Source of the DNA: Anolis carolinensis
Lineage: Eukaryota
DNA length: 64,000 nt
Reading direction: 5' to 3'
Assembly (NCBI RefSeq): GCF_035594765.1
Contig: NC_085845.1
Location: 70,364,024-70,428,023, forward strand
Made by a program: the position numbers and the translations under genes. Below are positions 1 to 12,540 of the stretch, one piece after another; position 1 is the first letter of the stretch, and each line of letters begins with the position of its first letter. The notes beneath the pieces are model-generated. The model worked only from the letters and a program-made list of their open reading frames with translations. It had not been told where the DNA came from and did not search any database.

Positions 1-54
1 TTTCAAAGTTATCTATTAAGTCATCAAAGCTAATTTGCTACCACTAGTTAGGTT

Positions 55-345
55 GGAGCCCACTTGCTGACCGAAAGGTTGGCAGTTCAAATCGAGAGAA
101 GGGATGAGCTCCCGCTGTTAGCCCCAGCTTCTGCCAACCTAGCAGTTTGTAAACCTGTAAATGTGAGTAGATCAATAGGTAGTGCTCCAGTGGAAAGATA
201 GGTAACAGTGCTCCATACAGTCATGCTGGCCACATGACCTTGGAGGTGTCTACAGACAATGCCAACTCTTCAACTTAGAAATGAAGATGAGCACCAACCC
301 TCAGAGTCGGACACGACTATTCTTAATGTCAGGGGAAAACTTTAC
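55..345 (+). mobile_element. Sauria-type SINE (BovB-tail)
   Basis: B-box-like GGCAGTTCAAATC, Sauria body, ...GTCGGACACGACT...CTTTACC tail; 11-bp TSD CTAGTTAGGTT at 44-54 and 346-356. Confidence 0.9.
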
Positions 346-949
346 CTAGTTAGGTTACTTTTCAAATGTGACAGTTGTAGCCTCCTTACTCATTGGCTTC
401 CAGCTCTAGTGCCATCACCATAAAGGCCCTCTCCCTGATAACCATGCAGTGCACTTATTTGTTGGGGGGCAGTCAGAAGATACTTAGAAGAAAATGATAT
501 CAAGATCTAAATAGAAATGTGTAAGAGGATACACACAACCAGACCATTAGATAACAGTGAATGAGAAGAACAAAACAGTAAGCTTGTTCAAAAGTTTATC
601 ATGAAAAATCCAACAGCCAGACTCTGAAAAGCAAACAGAACAAAAGCTGATAGCTGACTTACATGCATCATTAAAAGTGAAGTGCCTGAACTGATCAGTT
701 TTGAACATTTGAAAAATAATAGCTGGAAATGTTAGAATGTAATATCCTCAGTCAACCATGCAACTATGCTTATTTTCTGACAAATGAATGCTTTCAAGGG
801 AATCTCAAAGGCTGCTTGATAAAGAATGAAACCAACTTATCAGATCTAAAATTAAGACTTTAATTTGTGAAACATAGAGGACAGTTGCAAATAAAAGACA
901 CTGGTTGCAAAGAGATTTAATGGCCTAACACCATATGAATATATATGAA

Positions 950-1152
950 AGCCAGTGCAATGTAGTGGTTGAAGCACTGGAATATGACTCTGAGGACCAG
1001 GGTTCTGATCATCACTCAGTCATGGAAGCCCACCAAGTGACCTTGGCAAGTAACACACTCTCAAGCTCAAAGGAAGTCAAAGGCAAATCCCCTCTGAACA
1101 AATCTTGTTAGGGTAACCATAATTTAGAAATATCTTGAAAGTACCCAACACC
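950..1152 (+). mobile_element. old tRNA-derived (MIR/CORE-like) SINE
   Basis: A-box-like TGTAGTGGTT, B-box-like GGGTTCTGATC, GTGACCTTGGCAAGT core; degenerate. Confidence 0.6.
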
Positions 1153-1542
1153 AAAAGAGTTTTTGTTGTGTGTGTGTGCATATGTAACATTTATATTTTG
1201 CTGTCATTTTTGTGATAAGATTCTTTCAATAATGTGTCTATGTTTACACATTTTAAAAGATTTCCCCACTCATAAAAATGTCAAAAAGATATCCATGTCT
1301 GCCACTCAGACAATATCATCACTGTTTGTGATCAGATTCTCCATATGCTTTCCCAGAATTTGGGACACTTATGCTGGTTCTGGAGTAGACAGAATTATTT
1401 TCTTTCCCACTGGGACCAAACTTTAAAAAAGAAGAGACCATCTCCTATTTTTTCCTCCACTCTTGTCTTTCCATATTCACACTGTAGGATTTGGATTTGG
1501 TAGTTTATTTGCTTTGAGTTCCCTTTGGAGAGATAAATTGGG

Positions 1543-1577
<35 letters not shown>
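1543..1577. repeat. (ATC)n microsatellite
   Basis: direct reading; explains the poly-Met ORF at 1395-1577. Confidence 0.95.
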
Positions 1578-2006
1578 TCACCATGGATTCTTTATTCTCC
1601 ATCCATGTTGGAGTGCTCTGCCCATCACTCTAAGACAGGGTCTCTCAAAATGTACTCCACGGAGCCCTTGGGGCTCCACCAGTGATAGTGAAGGGCTCCA
1701 CAGCTGCTGCCTCCTCTTTCCTCTTCCTCTTCCTCCTCCTGCTGAGAAATACAGGGAAATTAAAGTTTGGAGATGCTGAAACAGCAGCAGTAGCAGCATC
1801 CTCCTAGGGCACAGGTACTTTCTTCCCCACCTCCCTCACTGCCCACACCCTTTCCCTCTTCACCCAGATCCTTCCACACACACACCCCACATTCTTTGCT
1901 TCCAAAACCATATTTCTCTCCCACTGCTCAGGGAGTGCTTTGATTGTGCTTTTCATGCATGCATGGCAGAAGTGAATTGAATTAATTAATGGCCCCTGGG
2001 GTTGCA

Positions 2007-2061
<55 letters not shown>

Positions 2062-2062
<1 letters not shown>

Positions 2063-3033
2063 GACATAGCAAACAAGATAGACATGCTGGACTTCATATC
2101 ACAAAATCACAAGTCGAACACTTCCCAAGTGTCTAGGACTGTGTGATGTATTTTCGGATGATGCGCGCAGATCCCAACAGGGTGGCCTTTTGCAGCTGGC
2201 AGATCGTAATTTTGTCAATGTCTATTGTTTCCAAATGCCGGCTGAGATCTTTTGGCACGGCACCCAGTGTGCCGATCACCACCGGGACCACCTGCACTGG
2301 TTTCTGCCAGAGTCTTTGAAGTTCAATCTTGAGGTCCTGATAGCGGCTGAGTTTTTCCTGTTGTTTTTCGTTAATGCGACTGTCACCTGGGATGGCAACA
2401 TCAATGATCCAAACCTTTTTCTTTTCCACAACTGTGATGTGTGTTGTGTTCCAGAACTTTGTCAGTCTGGATTCGGAAGTCCCACAGTATCTTTGCATGT
2501 TCATTTTCCAATACTTTTGCAGGTTTGTAATCACACCAGTTCTTTGCTGCTGGAAGGTGGTACTTGAAGCATAAGTTCCAATGAATCATTTGGGCCACAT
2601 AATTGTGCTTCTGTTTGTAGTCTGTCTGTGCAATTTTCTTACAGCAGCTGAAGAGATGATCAATGGTTTCGTCAGTTTCTTTGCACAGTCTGCATTTTGG
2701 GTCATCAGCTGATTTTTCGATCTTGGCCTTAATTGCATTTGTCCTGATGGCTTGCTCCTGGGCTGCAAGGATCAGGCCTTCTGTCTCCTTCTTCAGGGTC
2801 CCATTTGTGAGCCAGAGCCAGGTCTTCTCCTTATCTGCTTTTCCTTCAATTTTGTCAAGGAACTTTCCATGCAATGTTTTGTTGTGCCAGCTGTCAGCTC
2901 TAGTTTGTAGTGTGGTTTTCTTGTACTGGTTTTTTGTCTGCTGTGCTTTGAGGAGTTTCTGATTTTTGACTTCAATCAAAGCAGGTTCTTCACTTTGCTT
3001 TACATATTCTGTCAGGGCATGTTCTTCTTCTTC

Positions 3034-3034
<1 letters not shown>
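2062..3034 (-). mobile_element. Dong/R4-clade non-LTR retrotransposon, 5'-truncated
   Basis: ORFs 2401-2979 and 2133-2534: CCHC knuckle CRLC..H..SCC, KHN motif, restriction-like endonuclease IIDVAIP..EKLSRY; (TAA)n on both flanks (2007-2061, 3035-3082). Confidence 0.9.
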
Positions 3035-3084
<50 letters not shown>

Positions 3085-4240
3085 GTAAAGTCTCGCTTAT
3101 CTGACTTAAACTGGCAGAGGGGAGAATTAACTTTCTAGGGAGGGAAGAGTTAACTCATGTAAAAGACACCCATATTGAAACTGGGCATATTAAAACCAAC
3201 TCCTGGAGAGCTCACTCTTCAGATGTGTTTTTTAGGAAGTAATCTCTACTAACCATTCCATTGCTGATTGGAGGTCAGATGTTTTGAAGTCAGAAAGGAA
3301 AAAAAACAGACTCTAAGAAGTCATGTGCAGATGACTATTTCGTTCCATCACTGGACTGAAGGACCTATTTATTTCATAGAATAAGAGACACAGAAAATTG
3401 CTATACCAATTCAGACATTGGTGCATGTAGCACCATACTGTTTGCACTGGGTTCTAGCTTGCAGTAATTTTCCAGAGAGAAAAGAGATGGAACCTGGGAC
3501 TATCCGGATTCATTGTACTTCTCCTAATATAGTGGTTAGTGTTGCATTGCTTCAAGGCTGGATGGTAACTCTCTTTCAGATTTAACCAGTATTTGGAGCA
3601 AAATTGTAGCCTTGAACCATTTTTATGAAGTGGCTTTTTTTAAGAAAAGAAAAGAAAAACCCAAAACCAAGCAACTGAGGGAAGAAATCCACTGAACAGT
3701 TAATTTTCTTCAAAGTTAGGCTTACAGCTAAGTCAGAGCCAGTACTGCTCCAGTGGTCTTATCTGAAAGTGCTCACCTCATTTCAAGCACTTCCACTCAA
3801 TGACCTTATGCCATGAATGAGTGATAAGGATGAGGAAGTTGTCTTTGCCTTAGGAAAAGATGCAACCCACACAAATATTAAATCCATTGGCCAGGCTGAA
3901 AAGTCATCTCTTTTTATTCAGTTTGCAAGATGCAATGCACATCAGCCATGCACTGATTCTTACCATTCATATCTAACCTTACATTTTGACCTGATCATAA
4001 CATAAAAAATACAAAGAAAACGTTTTAGCAAAAGAATATTGGTGATTAGAAGTAGTTAAACACAACAGTTGTTGACACTTTTGAACATCTGTTGGCCACA
4101 GATGAAGTACTAGCAAATTGCTCACATTTAATGATATTGTAATGCAAGCAAAAATGCAACAACAACAATAACAGCAACAACAACAAAAGCAACAATGGGA
4201 TTGTTGCAGTACAATTTTCTCATCTGTGACAGCATACATG

Positions 4241-6000
4241 TAATAATGATAACAATAATGATAATGATAATGATAATGACAATGATACTTTATTTGTAAC
4301 CCGGCCTATCTTCTCGAGGAAACTCAGGGCGGTTTCCAGAAAGCAAGAAAGAAATGGCAAACATTGAGTGCCAAAGTGAACAACAAAACAAATCAAAACA
4401 ACAAATAAATAACATCAATATAAACTTAAAAACTTAAAAAAAATAGTTAAAACACATACATTTCATCATACACATTTACATCAAAGGGATCTAATTAAGT
4501 TAAAGTGCAATTAAAAGTATAAAAATGTTGAGTGATGTTATAAAATAACTTCATGATGATATACCACAGCCAGCCAGCACCAAATTACATTTCCAGTGTC
4601 CAGACAAGGATATATTGAGTTGTTCTAGTCCTCCTCCTCTCCATAAGATAAATTGCAGAAATGGGTCTTTAAAGCTTTTTTAAAAGAGAAGAGGGAAGGG
4701 GGCATTTTTAATTCTTTAGGGAGGGAGTTTCAGAGGTGGGGAGCAGTCACGGAGAAGGCCCCTTCTTTTGTTCTCACCAGCCGTGCTTGAGACGGGGATG
4801 GGACCGAGAGGAGGGCTTCCTCCGCTGACCACAGTGCCCATGTTATATGTATGAGGGCTATCCACAAAGTAGGCTACACTTTGGATTTTAAAAAGGACAA
4901 AGTATAGGAGAAATAATTTACCATATGCAGCTGAAAGACACATCCCAATACTATAATCTCATGTAATCCCCATTGAAATGTAGGCACGTCTCATATAGAT
5001 AAATGAGTTTGAAAAGTACTGCTCCAGTAAATTCCCCGCCTGTGTCCTCAGCCCTTCCCCCTTCTCCCTTCCTGCAGCGTAGCCAAAACGCTGCGCTGCC
5101 ACCCACGCCCCCATTGTTGGAAACGGAGGAGAGAGGTGGCAAATTTACTGGGGCAGACCTTTTCAAACTCATTTAATTATATGAGACGTGCCTAGATTTC
5201 AATGCGGATTACCTGAGATTGTATTATTGAGATGTGTCTTTTAGCTGCATATGGTAAATGATTTCTCCTATACTTTGTCCTTTTTAAAATCCAAAACGTA
5301 ACCTACTTTGTGGATAGCCCTCGTATATGTAGAGATGTGGTTGGTTAAACAGCCTGGACTCAAACTGTTTAGGGCTTTATAGGTAATAGCCAGCACTTTT
5401 TATTTAGCCTGGAAGCAGACCAGGACCCAGTGGAACTGCCGTAGCAGGGGAGTGGTTCTCTCCCTATAAGGCGCTCCAGTTAGTAACCTGGCTACCGATC
5501 TCCAGACTAGTTGAAGTTTCCTAACTATCTTCAAAGGCAGCCCCACATGGAAAGTGTTGCAGTAGTCCAGATGGTATGTAACTGAGGCATGGACTACCAT
5601 AGCCAGCTCTGGTGTCTCAAGATACGGGCTCAGCGGGAGCACAAGTTTTGGATGTACGGAGGAGCTCCTGGCCACTGCTGACACCTGGGGTTCCAGGGTC
5701 AGCAATGAGTCCAGGATCACCCCCAAACTGTGAGCCTGTGTCTTCAGGGGAAGTGTAACCCCATCCAACACACGCTGTAACATGTACCTGGTCTGCCTTC
5801 TGACTGACCAGGAGTACCTCTGTCTTGCCTGGATTTAATTTCAACTTGTTAGCCTTCACCCAGAACATTACTGATGACAGGCACCGGATAAAGGCCGAGA
5901 TAGCATCTTTGGCTTTGGGTGGAAAGGAGTAATAGAGTTGGGTGTTATTGGCATACATTTGATACCGAACTCCAAAACTCCAGATGATTTCTCCCGGGGG
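4241..6000 (-). mobile_element. L2-clade LINE 3' part, degenerate, interrupted by a MITE
   Basis: ORFs 5617-6039 and 5400-5783: decayed YADD (YANN), NKLKLNPGKTE, LDYCN, KLQLV..VARLLTG; (AATGAT)n tail at 4241-4287. Confidence 0.85.
4852..5323. mobile_element. Mariner/Tc1-type fold-back MITE
   Basis: ~190-bp inverted arms from (T/C)GAGGGCTATCCACAAAGTAGG to CCTACTTTGTGGATAGCCCTCG; TA on both sides. Confidence 0.85.
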
Positions 6001-6225
6001 TTTAATGTAAAATGGTTTCATGCAGACATCAACTTTCATCTCTCTGGCTAATATTGCCCATGATCCTGTGAGCCAGTATAACTATGGCTGTAGATGGGCA
6101 ACAGTAGTGTCACTGTCAGCAACGTTACTGAGCAAGATAGACACAGGCACCATGGCCTTAGGACTTGGGATTGTGTAGAAACTAAGTCATCTCTTTAGAA
6201 AGAAAACTGCTCTACCAGTCCTTCA

Positions 6226-6378
6226 GGGCCCTTCCACACAGCCCTATATCCCAGTATATCAAGGCAGAAAATCCCACATTATCTGAGTGTGGATTCAGAT
6301 AACCCAGTTCAAAGCAGATATTGTGGGATTTTCTGCCTTGATATTCTGGGATATAGGGATGTGTGGAAGCAAGGGCCC
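6226..6378. mobile_element. PIF/Harbinger-like palindromic MITE
   Basis: GGGCCCTTCCACAC...GTGTGGAAG..GGGCCC termini, internal palindrome, TCA/TTA flanks. Confidence 0.7.
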
Positions 6379-6761
6379 TTAGTTGCTCAAGAGCTATAAG
6401 GTTATTGGATTTAAAACAAAACTACTGATTCTTTCCCACCATTTTCATCCAATTCGACAACTGCTAACTGAATATGTGAACCAATTCTAGAGAAAATGTC
6501 CATATCTGAAAGTTTGTGAATGATACAAATGTTCTGCACAAGAATGAGAAACGGTCTCAGAAGAGGTATATATTTCATGATGTAAACAGTTAAAATGAAT
6601 AACAAAAGCTCAAGGAGAGCATTAGAAATTTCAGAAAGCAATAAGCGGGTCCATTCATGTGTGACTCCACCTGATAAAAGAATTAAAATGAAAACATCAA
6701 GGGTTCCTTGGAAAAACAATGGCTTCATACTGTGTTATATTTTAAGTGTAATGCAGCAAAA

Positions 6762-7090
6762 AGGCCCCTGGTGGCACAGTGTGTTAAAGCGCTGAGCTGC
6801 TGAACTTGCGGACCGAAAGGTCCCAGGTTCAAATCCCGGGAGCGGAATGAGCGCCCGCTGTTAGTCCCAGCTCCTGCCAACCTAGCAGTTCGAAAACATG
6901 CAAATGTGAGTAGATCAATAGGTACCGCTCTGGCGGGAAGGTAACGGCGCTCCATGCAGTCATGCTGGCCACATGACCTGGAGGTGTCTATGGACAATGC
7001 CAGCTCTTCAGCTTAGAAATGGAGATGAGCACCAACCCCCAGAGTCGATCACGACTGGACTTAACATCAGGGTAAACCTTTACCTTTACT
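6762..7090 (+). mobile_element. Sauria-type SINE, full length
   Basis: A/B boxes, ACCTTTACCTTTA tail, near-perfect TSD TAATGCA(G/A)CAAAA. Confidence 0.92.
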
Positions 7091-7335
7091 TTAATGCAAC
7101 AAAGAACTGGTTTTTCATATATTAAAAAAAATCATGAAAATTTTAGACATAAGCCTCATTTTTAATTTCAGTTCCACTTCAGAAAGAGAGAATAACTTTT
7201 GTATAGAATTCTATGGCCCTTCAGGAACCCTAAGAACTCTTCACCATTAAAGCCAGAGCTGCTGGGACTTGCAATGCAACAAAAGCTGGCCCTGCCACAT
7301 AGTGAAAAGGGAGAAGTGATAATTTCTCAGTCCTA

Positions 7336-7479
7336 GGCCCCTTTCACACAGCTGAATAAAGTCCCAAATTATTTACTGGAATATATGGCAGTGTGGACTC
7401 AGATAACCCAGTTCAAAGCAGATATTGTGGGATTTTCTGCCTTGATATTCTGGAATATAGGGCTGTGTGGAAGAGCCCC
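7336..7479. mobile_element. Harbinger-like MITE (same family as 6226-6378)
   Basis: shared CAGATAACCCAGTTCAAAGCAGATATTGTGGGATTTTCTGCCTTGATATTCTGG block; GGCCC..GAGCCC ends. Confidence 0.7.
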
Positions 7480-8474
7480 AAACCTTTGGGATCAGATATT
7501 ATTACATCTTACAGTTATGGGAAATGGTTGTCACTTGTAATAGATTATTGCCTTGTGAATTAATTCACACTTGTCCATGCCTGCACAGATAATGTACAAG
7601 GCAGTAACTAATGGAAAAGTGATAGCAATAGTCGGGTGCTAGCCATAGAATGGCATCTTCAAACTATCCAGGCAATGTGAGAAGGAAGTATGATTTTTTT
7701 TTAAATAAAATCATATTTGCTCAAGAAGGATAAAAAATAGAGAGAAAGACAGTAGCAAACTTTCTCTGAAAAAATCTTCCCCCAAAACAAGACCTTTTGA
7801 TGAGGTCACATAAACCAAGAGTTGACTTGAAGGTCCAGAACAAGAAGTATGCCTATATAAAGTATTCCTCTGAGAGTGCCTTCTTTTTCTCACTTCTATG
7901 TCTGACCTCTGTCTGATTCGGTCAGGTTTTCTTAACCGTTCTGTGTTTACTGCATAAAATCAGTTCTTTTCTTTGCTTGCTTTATTTCCAGTTGGGAGCC
8001 TGTTTGTAAACATGTTTTGATATTTATATATTGCAATGCACACAAGGCTTGAATTCATTCTTCTGTTGACTAGAGCTTGTTTAGAGCTTTTTATATATGC
8101 ACATTGGGTTCGGACAAATTTGCAGCTATATCTCCATGCAGGAATTCTGGATCACAAACTGCATTATCTGAAGATATTCCACAAAACATAGTCGATGACA
8201 GTCCATCACCATCACCCTGAGACGGAAACAGATATAAGGAAGGGCTCCTTTTAACTCTAAGACTTGATAGAGGAAGTCGTCCACTTGGACCTATCCAAAG
8301 TACTGTATTACCAAACTAATACTTTCTGCTGTCTAGTCTATTGTCAAGGGTTGGGCGTGATCAATTTGGTTGGGCTAGGTTTCCAGCTGAAGATTGCACT
8401 GGTCTCTGTGTTTCTTGCTACTAGTACACATAAAAGGATCAGCTCAAGTGTGGCAGTCCAAATCAAAGAATGTA

Positions 8475-8658
8475 CAGGTTGAGCATCCCTTATCCAAAAT
8501 GCTTGGGATCAAAAGTGTTTTGGATTTTAGGGAAAAAATTGAAACCTGTATTTGCATATACAGGCAGCCCCTAAGTTACAAACTTCCAATTTACAAACAA
8601 CTCATGGTTAAGAATAGGGGTGAGACAACAGGAAGTTTGAGAAATCTGCCCCTCAGAA

Positions 8659-8703
<45 letters not shown>

Positions 8704-9138
8704 TCCAAACAAGTCAAATTTTTCAAAATCCAATTATCACAGGAAAAGGAAGTGAGGTGAGGTGAAGAGGGGCACAGACAGCCAAACAAACCTCACGAGG
8801 TGCTAACCCTTCTCTATGCTATCCAAAGATAGATGATAGATTGATTGATTGATTTGGCTGGAGTTACACTTTAAAATGTACATGTTCTGACTTACAAATA
8901 AATTCAACTAAAGAATAAACCTACATACATAGTGAGATATCTTGGAGATGAAATACAAATCTAAACACAGCATTCCTTTCTTTCATTTACACATTATAAA
9001 TATATCTTGAAAATGATTTTATAAACAATATTTTTAATTAAACAAAATTTGAGGACTCTGAACTACCATAAAATGGACAAATCTGGATTTTGGAGTATTT
9101 CAGATTTTTTGAATTGTGGATAAGGGATGCTCACCCTG
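8475..9138. mobile_element. Tigger/Tc1-like MITE containing a second Tigger-like insert (~8561-8925)
   Basis: TIRs CAGGTTGAGCATCCCTTATCC / GGATAAGGGATGCTCACCCTG with TA flanks. Confidence 0.7.
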
Positions 9139-9442
9139 TACAATGTTTCATTTGCCATCTTGGTTGCAGTCTGAACATGTGGTCTTGCATTTTGATACAT
9201 TTAAGTTCTTATTCCATTACATCCCAAAATAGCATGAAGACTGTGTGAATTACGTTTTCATGTACATTCCTTCCCATCTTGACTTTTGAACTCTCTTCTC
9301 TAATGAAGATATCTGAAGACATCAAAAGCTTGCAAACATCGTTGTTGCTTTTGTTTGTTTGACCAAATTGAGGTTTCATGACAATATGGATATGGGAATC
9401 TTCCTTATAGTCAGCATGGTTTCCTCTATTTTTATATAATAA

Positions 9443-10486
9443 CTAGCTTGGGTACCCAGCGTTATTTGAAAAACTAATTTTTCTAATTTTACATAATGCA
9501 TAAGGTTGTGGGTGAACTACAAGTGACATCATGCCAAGTTAACCCTGAGAAACTCCATCAGTATGTACAGTTCTTTATGTTGGGCAAGTTTGCTCTAGAT
9601 GCATCATTGGTGGGGTTCAGTGTGCTCTCTGGCTGTAGGGTTAACTACAACTATGGTGAATCAGTCTCCTCAAACCCCTCCAGTAGGTTGAGTTAGTCAA
9701 GGCGGTTCTGTGTGCCAAGTTTGGACCAGGTCCATCATAGGTGGAGGTCACAGTTTCTTTGGTTGTGGGTGAACTACAACTCCAAGAAAGGAAGATCAGT
9801 TTCCCCAAAATCCCTCCAGTAATCAAATTTTGGCATATTAGATATGTGTGCCAAGTTTGGTCCAGATTCATCATTGTTTGGGTTCATAATGTACTCTGGA
9901 TGTAAGTGAACTACAACTCCTATAAATCCCTCCAAAGACCTCCAGTATTTTTTGTTGGTCATGGCGGTTCTGTGCGCCAACTTAGTCCCAAGTTCATCAC
10001 TGGTGGAGTTCAAAGTGCTTTTGGATTGCAGGTGAACTATACATCCCAGTACCTACAACTCCTATAAATCATAGTGAATTCTCCCCAAACCTCTCCAGTA
10101 TGTTCAGTTGCTGATCAATTTCTCTGTTCGCTTAGAAAAGAATAGGAAAGGGTTAAGGGAGAGGCAGTGGGCGGGGTCATACAAATTCCACAACAATGGA
10201 GATAGTAAGAAACACTGCAATGTTTGTGGTGGAGGAAAAACAGAAAATTTAGGATAAAATTGTCCCCATATGAAAGCTTCACTTGGGTGGTGTTTGTGGA
10301 GGACATTGGCAGGTCTCTTGTACATGTTCCTGGTGCTCACTATAACCTGCAATGTCATTGGAGGGAGGGCCATTGGTGTCTCCTGAGTAGTAGGAGCTAT
10401 AGTTATTTGTGGAGGTTGGAAATTGTCTGTTTAAGTGGACACCCCAGCCACACACATACATACATATTTTCACTTTTATTACATTA
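9443..10486 (-). mobile_element. non-autonomous Helitron, unit 1 of a tandem array
   Basis: minus-strand 3' end CTAG|T at 9446-9442; 5' TAATAAAAGTGAAA head; internal CCAAGTTTGG / GAACTACAACTCC minisatellite units. Confidence 0.75.
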
Positions 10487-11396
10487 CTAGCTTGGGGACC
10501 TGGCGGTGCCCAGGTCATTTGAGAAAAGCATTGTTTGTGTTCCAAGTGTAGTCTAGATCCAATGTCAGCTGGGTTCAGTGAGTGTGAGTGAACTATAACT
10601 CCCATATGCAAGCCCCATCATTCACAGTCCATCTCCCTCCAAACAGCACCAGGATATATAGTAGGTAACGGGGGCTCTATGTGCCAAGGTTGGCTTTGAT
10701 CAGTCATTGGTGGAGGTTGCAGTGCTCTCACGAAGTGAGTGAAGATACTGCAAGTCCCATAATCCATGACCCAAACTCTTCCAAACCGCACCAGAATGTA
10801 GAGTGGGTCATGAGCGGTCTGTGTACCAAGTTTGGTCTTCATTAGTCATTTGTGGCAGTTTCACTGATCTCAGAAAGTGAGTGAAAGTACTGCAAATCCC
10901 ATTATCATTGGTATGTCTTCCCCCAAACTGCACCAGGACATAAAGTGAGTTAAGGGAGGTATGTGTACCAAGTTTGGTCCTGATCTGTCATTACTTAGAG
11001 TAACAGTGGTCTGTTGGAGACAAAATGTTTGAAAGTACTGCAAATCCCATGATGCTTGGTCAATCCTCCCCCAAAGTGCTGCAGTATGTAAAATGTGTCT
11101 TTTGGGATATGTGTGCCAAGTTTGGTCCGATTCTGTCATTAGCGTCAATTGCAGTGCTCTCAGGAAGTGAGTGAAGGTACTGTAAGTCCCATCATCCTAG
11201 GTTTGTCCTCCCCCAATCTGCACCAGAATGTAAAGGGACTCATGGACGTTCTGTGTGCCAAGTTTGGGCCAGGTCCATCATTTGTAGCGGTCACAGTGGC
11301 CTGTGGAAGTGGCGGCCAATCAGAAAGCTGCCACATACATACCCAGATACATACATATATACACACATACATACAAACACTGACTTTTATTATATA
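10487..11396 (-). mobile_element. non-autonomous Helitron, unit 2
   Basis: 3' hairpin GACCTGG-GCACCG-CCAGGTC six nt before CTAG (minus strand). Confidence 0.8.
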
Positions 11397-12540
11397 CTAG
11401 CATGGGACCCGGCGGTGCCCGGGTCATTTGAGAAAGGCATTATTTGTCTTTGAATGTTATGTATTCTGTTTGGAGTGGGTGAACTACAATTCCCAGAATC
11501 GTGGGTCAATCCTCCCCAAACCCTGCCAGTATTCAAAGTTGGCCATTTTGGGTCTGTGTACCAAGTCTGGTCCTGATCTGTCATTGACTGGTCATTGCCT
11601 GACTGCAGAGCTCTCTGGATGGGGGTGAAGTACTACAACTCCCAGATTCCAGGGCAATTGTCGCGAAACATCTGTCAGTATCCACAGTAGGCTATGCTGA
11701 GTCAGTGTGCCAAGTTTGGTCCAGATCCGTCGTTGGCTGGGTTCAGTGCTCTTTGGATACATGTGAACTACAACTCCCAAAATCAAGGCCCATTCCCATA
11801 AACCCCTGTAGTATGTTCAGTTGGTCATGAGGCTTCTCTGTGCAAAGTGTGGTTTTGGTCCATCATCGGTGGGGTTCAATTGCAGGTGAACTATACATCC
11901 CAGTACCTACTACTCCCAAATGTCCAGGCCAATTCTCCTCTAAACCCACCAGTATTCAAATCTGGGCATATCGGGTATGCAGTGCAAGTTTGGTCCAGAC
12001 CCATCATTGTCTGGGTTCATAGCGTTCTGGGTGTAGGTGAACTACAACTCCTCTAAATTCCCCAGTAGGAGTCACAGTGCTCTGACTGGATGCAGGCTGA
12101 ACTACAACTTCCACCATGTGGAGTCAATCCCCCAAACTCCTCCTTTGCTGTGTTTGTTCTGCAGACAGATTTGAAAGGGAAGGGCAGTAGGCAGGGTCAT
12201 GCAAATTTCACACCATTGGAGAACCCTGGGATGCCTGCCTGTGGTGGAGGACAATGCAAAATCTAGGATGAAATGGTCCCCAAATGAAAGCATTCCTTGG
12301 GTGGTGGGCCATAGTGTTTGGGGAGGACATTGGCAGGGGTTGGGATACATGTTCATGGCACTCGCTGTAACTGCAATGTCAGTGGAAAAGAGTGACTTGC
12401 TGGCTCCTCAGCACTGGGAATTGTAGCCTGTTTGTGGAGGCTGTCTGTGTAAACGGACACATACACACATACGGGTTTTTGCTTTTATCATGGATATAAA
12501 TAAATATAAATATATAAATATAAATAGATATAGATATAGA
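11397..12540 (-). mobile_element. non-autonomous Helitron, unit 3
   Basis: 5' A|TCTATATC at 12540; 3' hairpin GACCCGG-GCACCG-CCGGGTC then CTAG; homologous to the copy at 60703-63148. Confidence 0.8.

Noticed and set aside
9443-12540. CRISPR-like or satellite interpretation of the recurring CCAAGTTTGG units
   Set aside because: The DNA is eukaryotic, spacing is irregular and the units are degenerate. Helitron termini explain the region.
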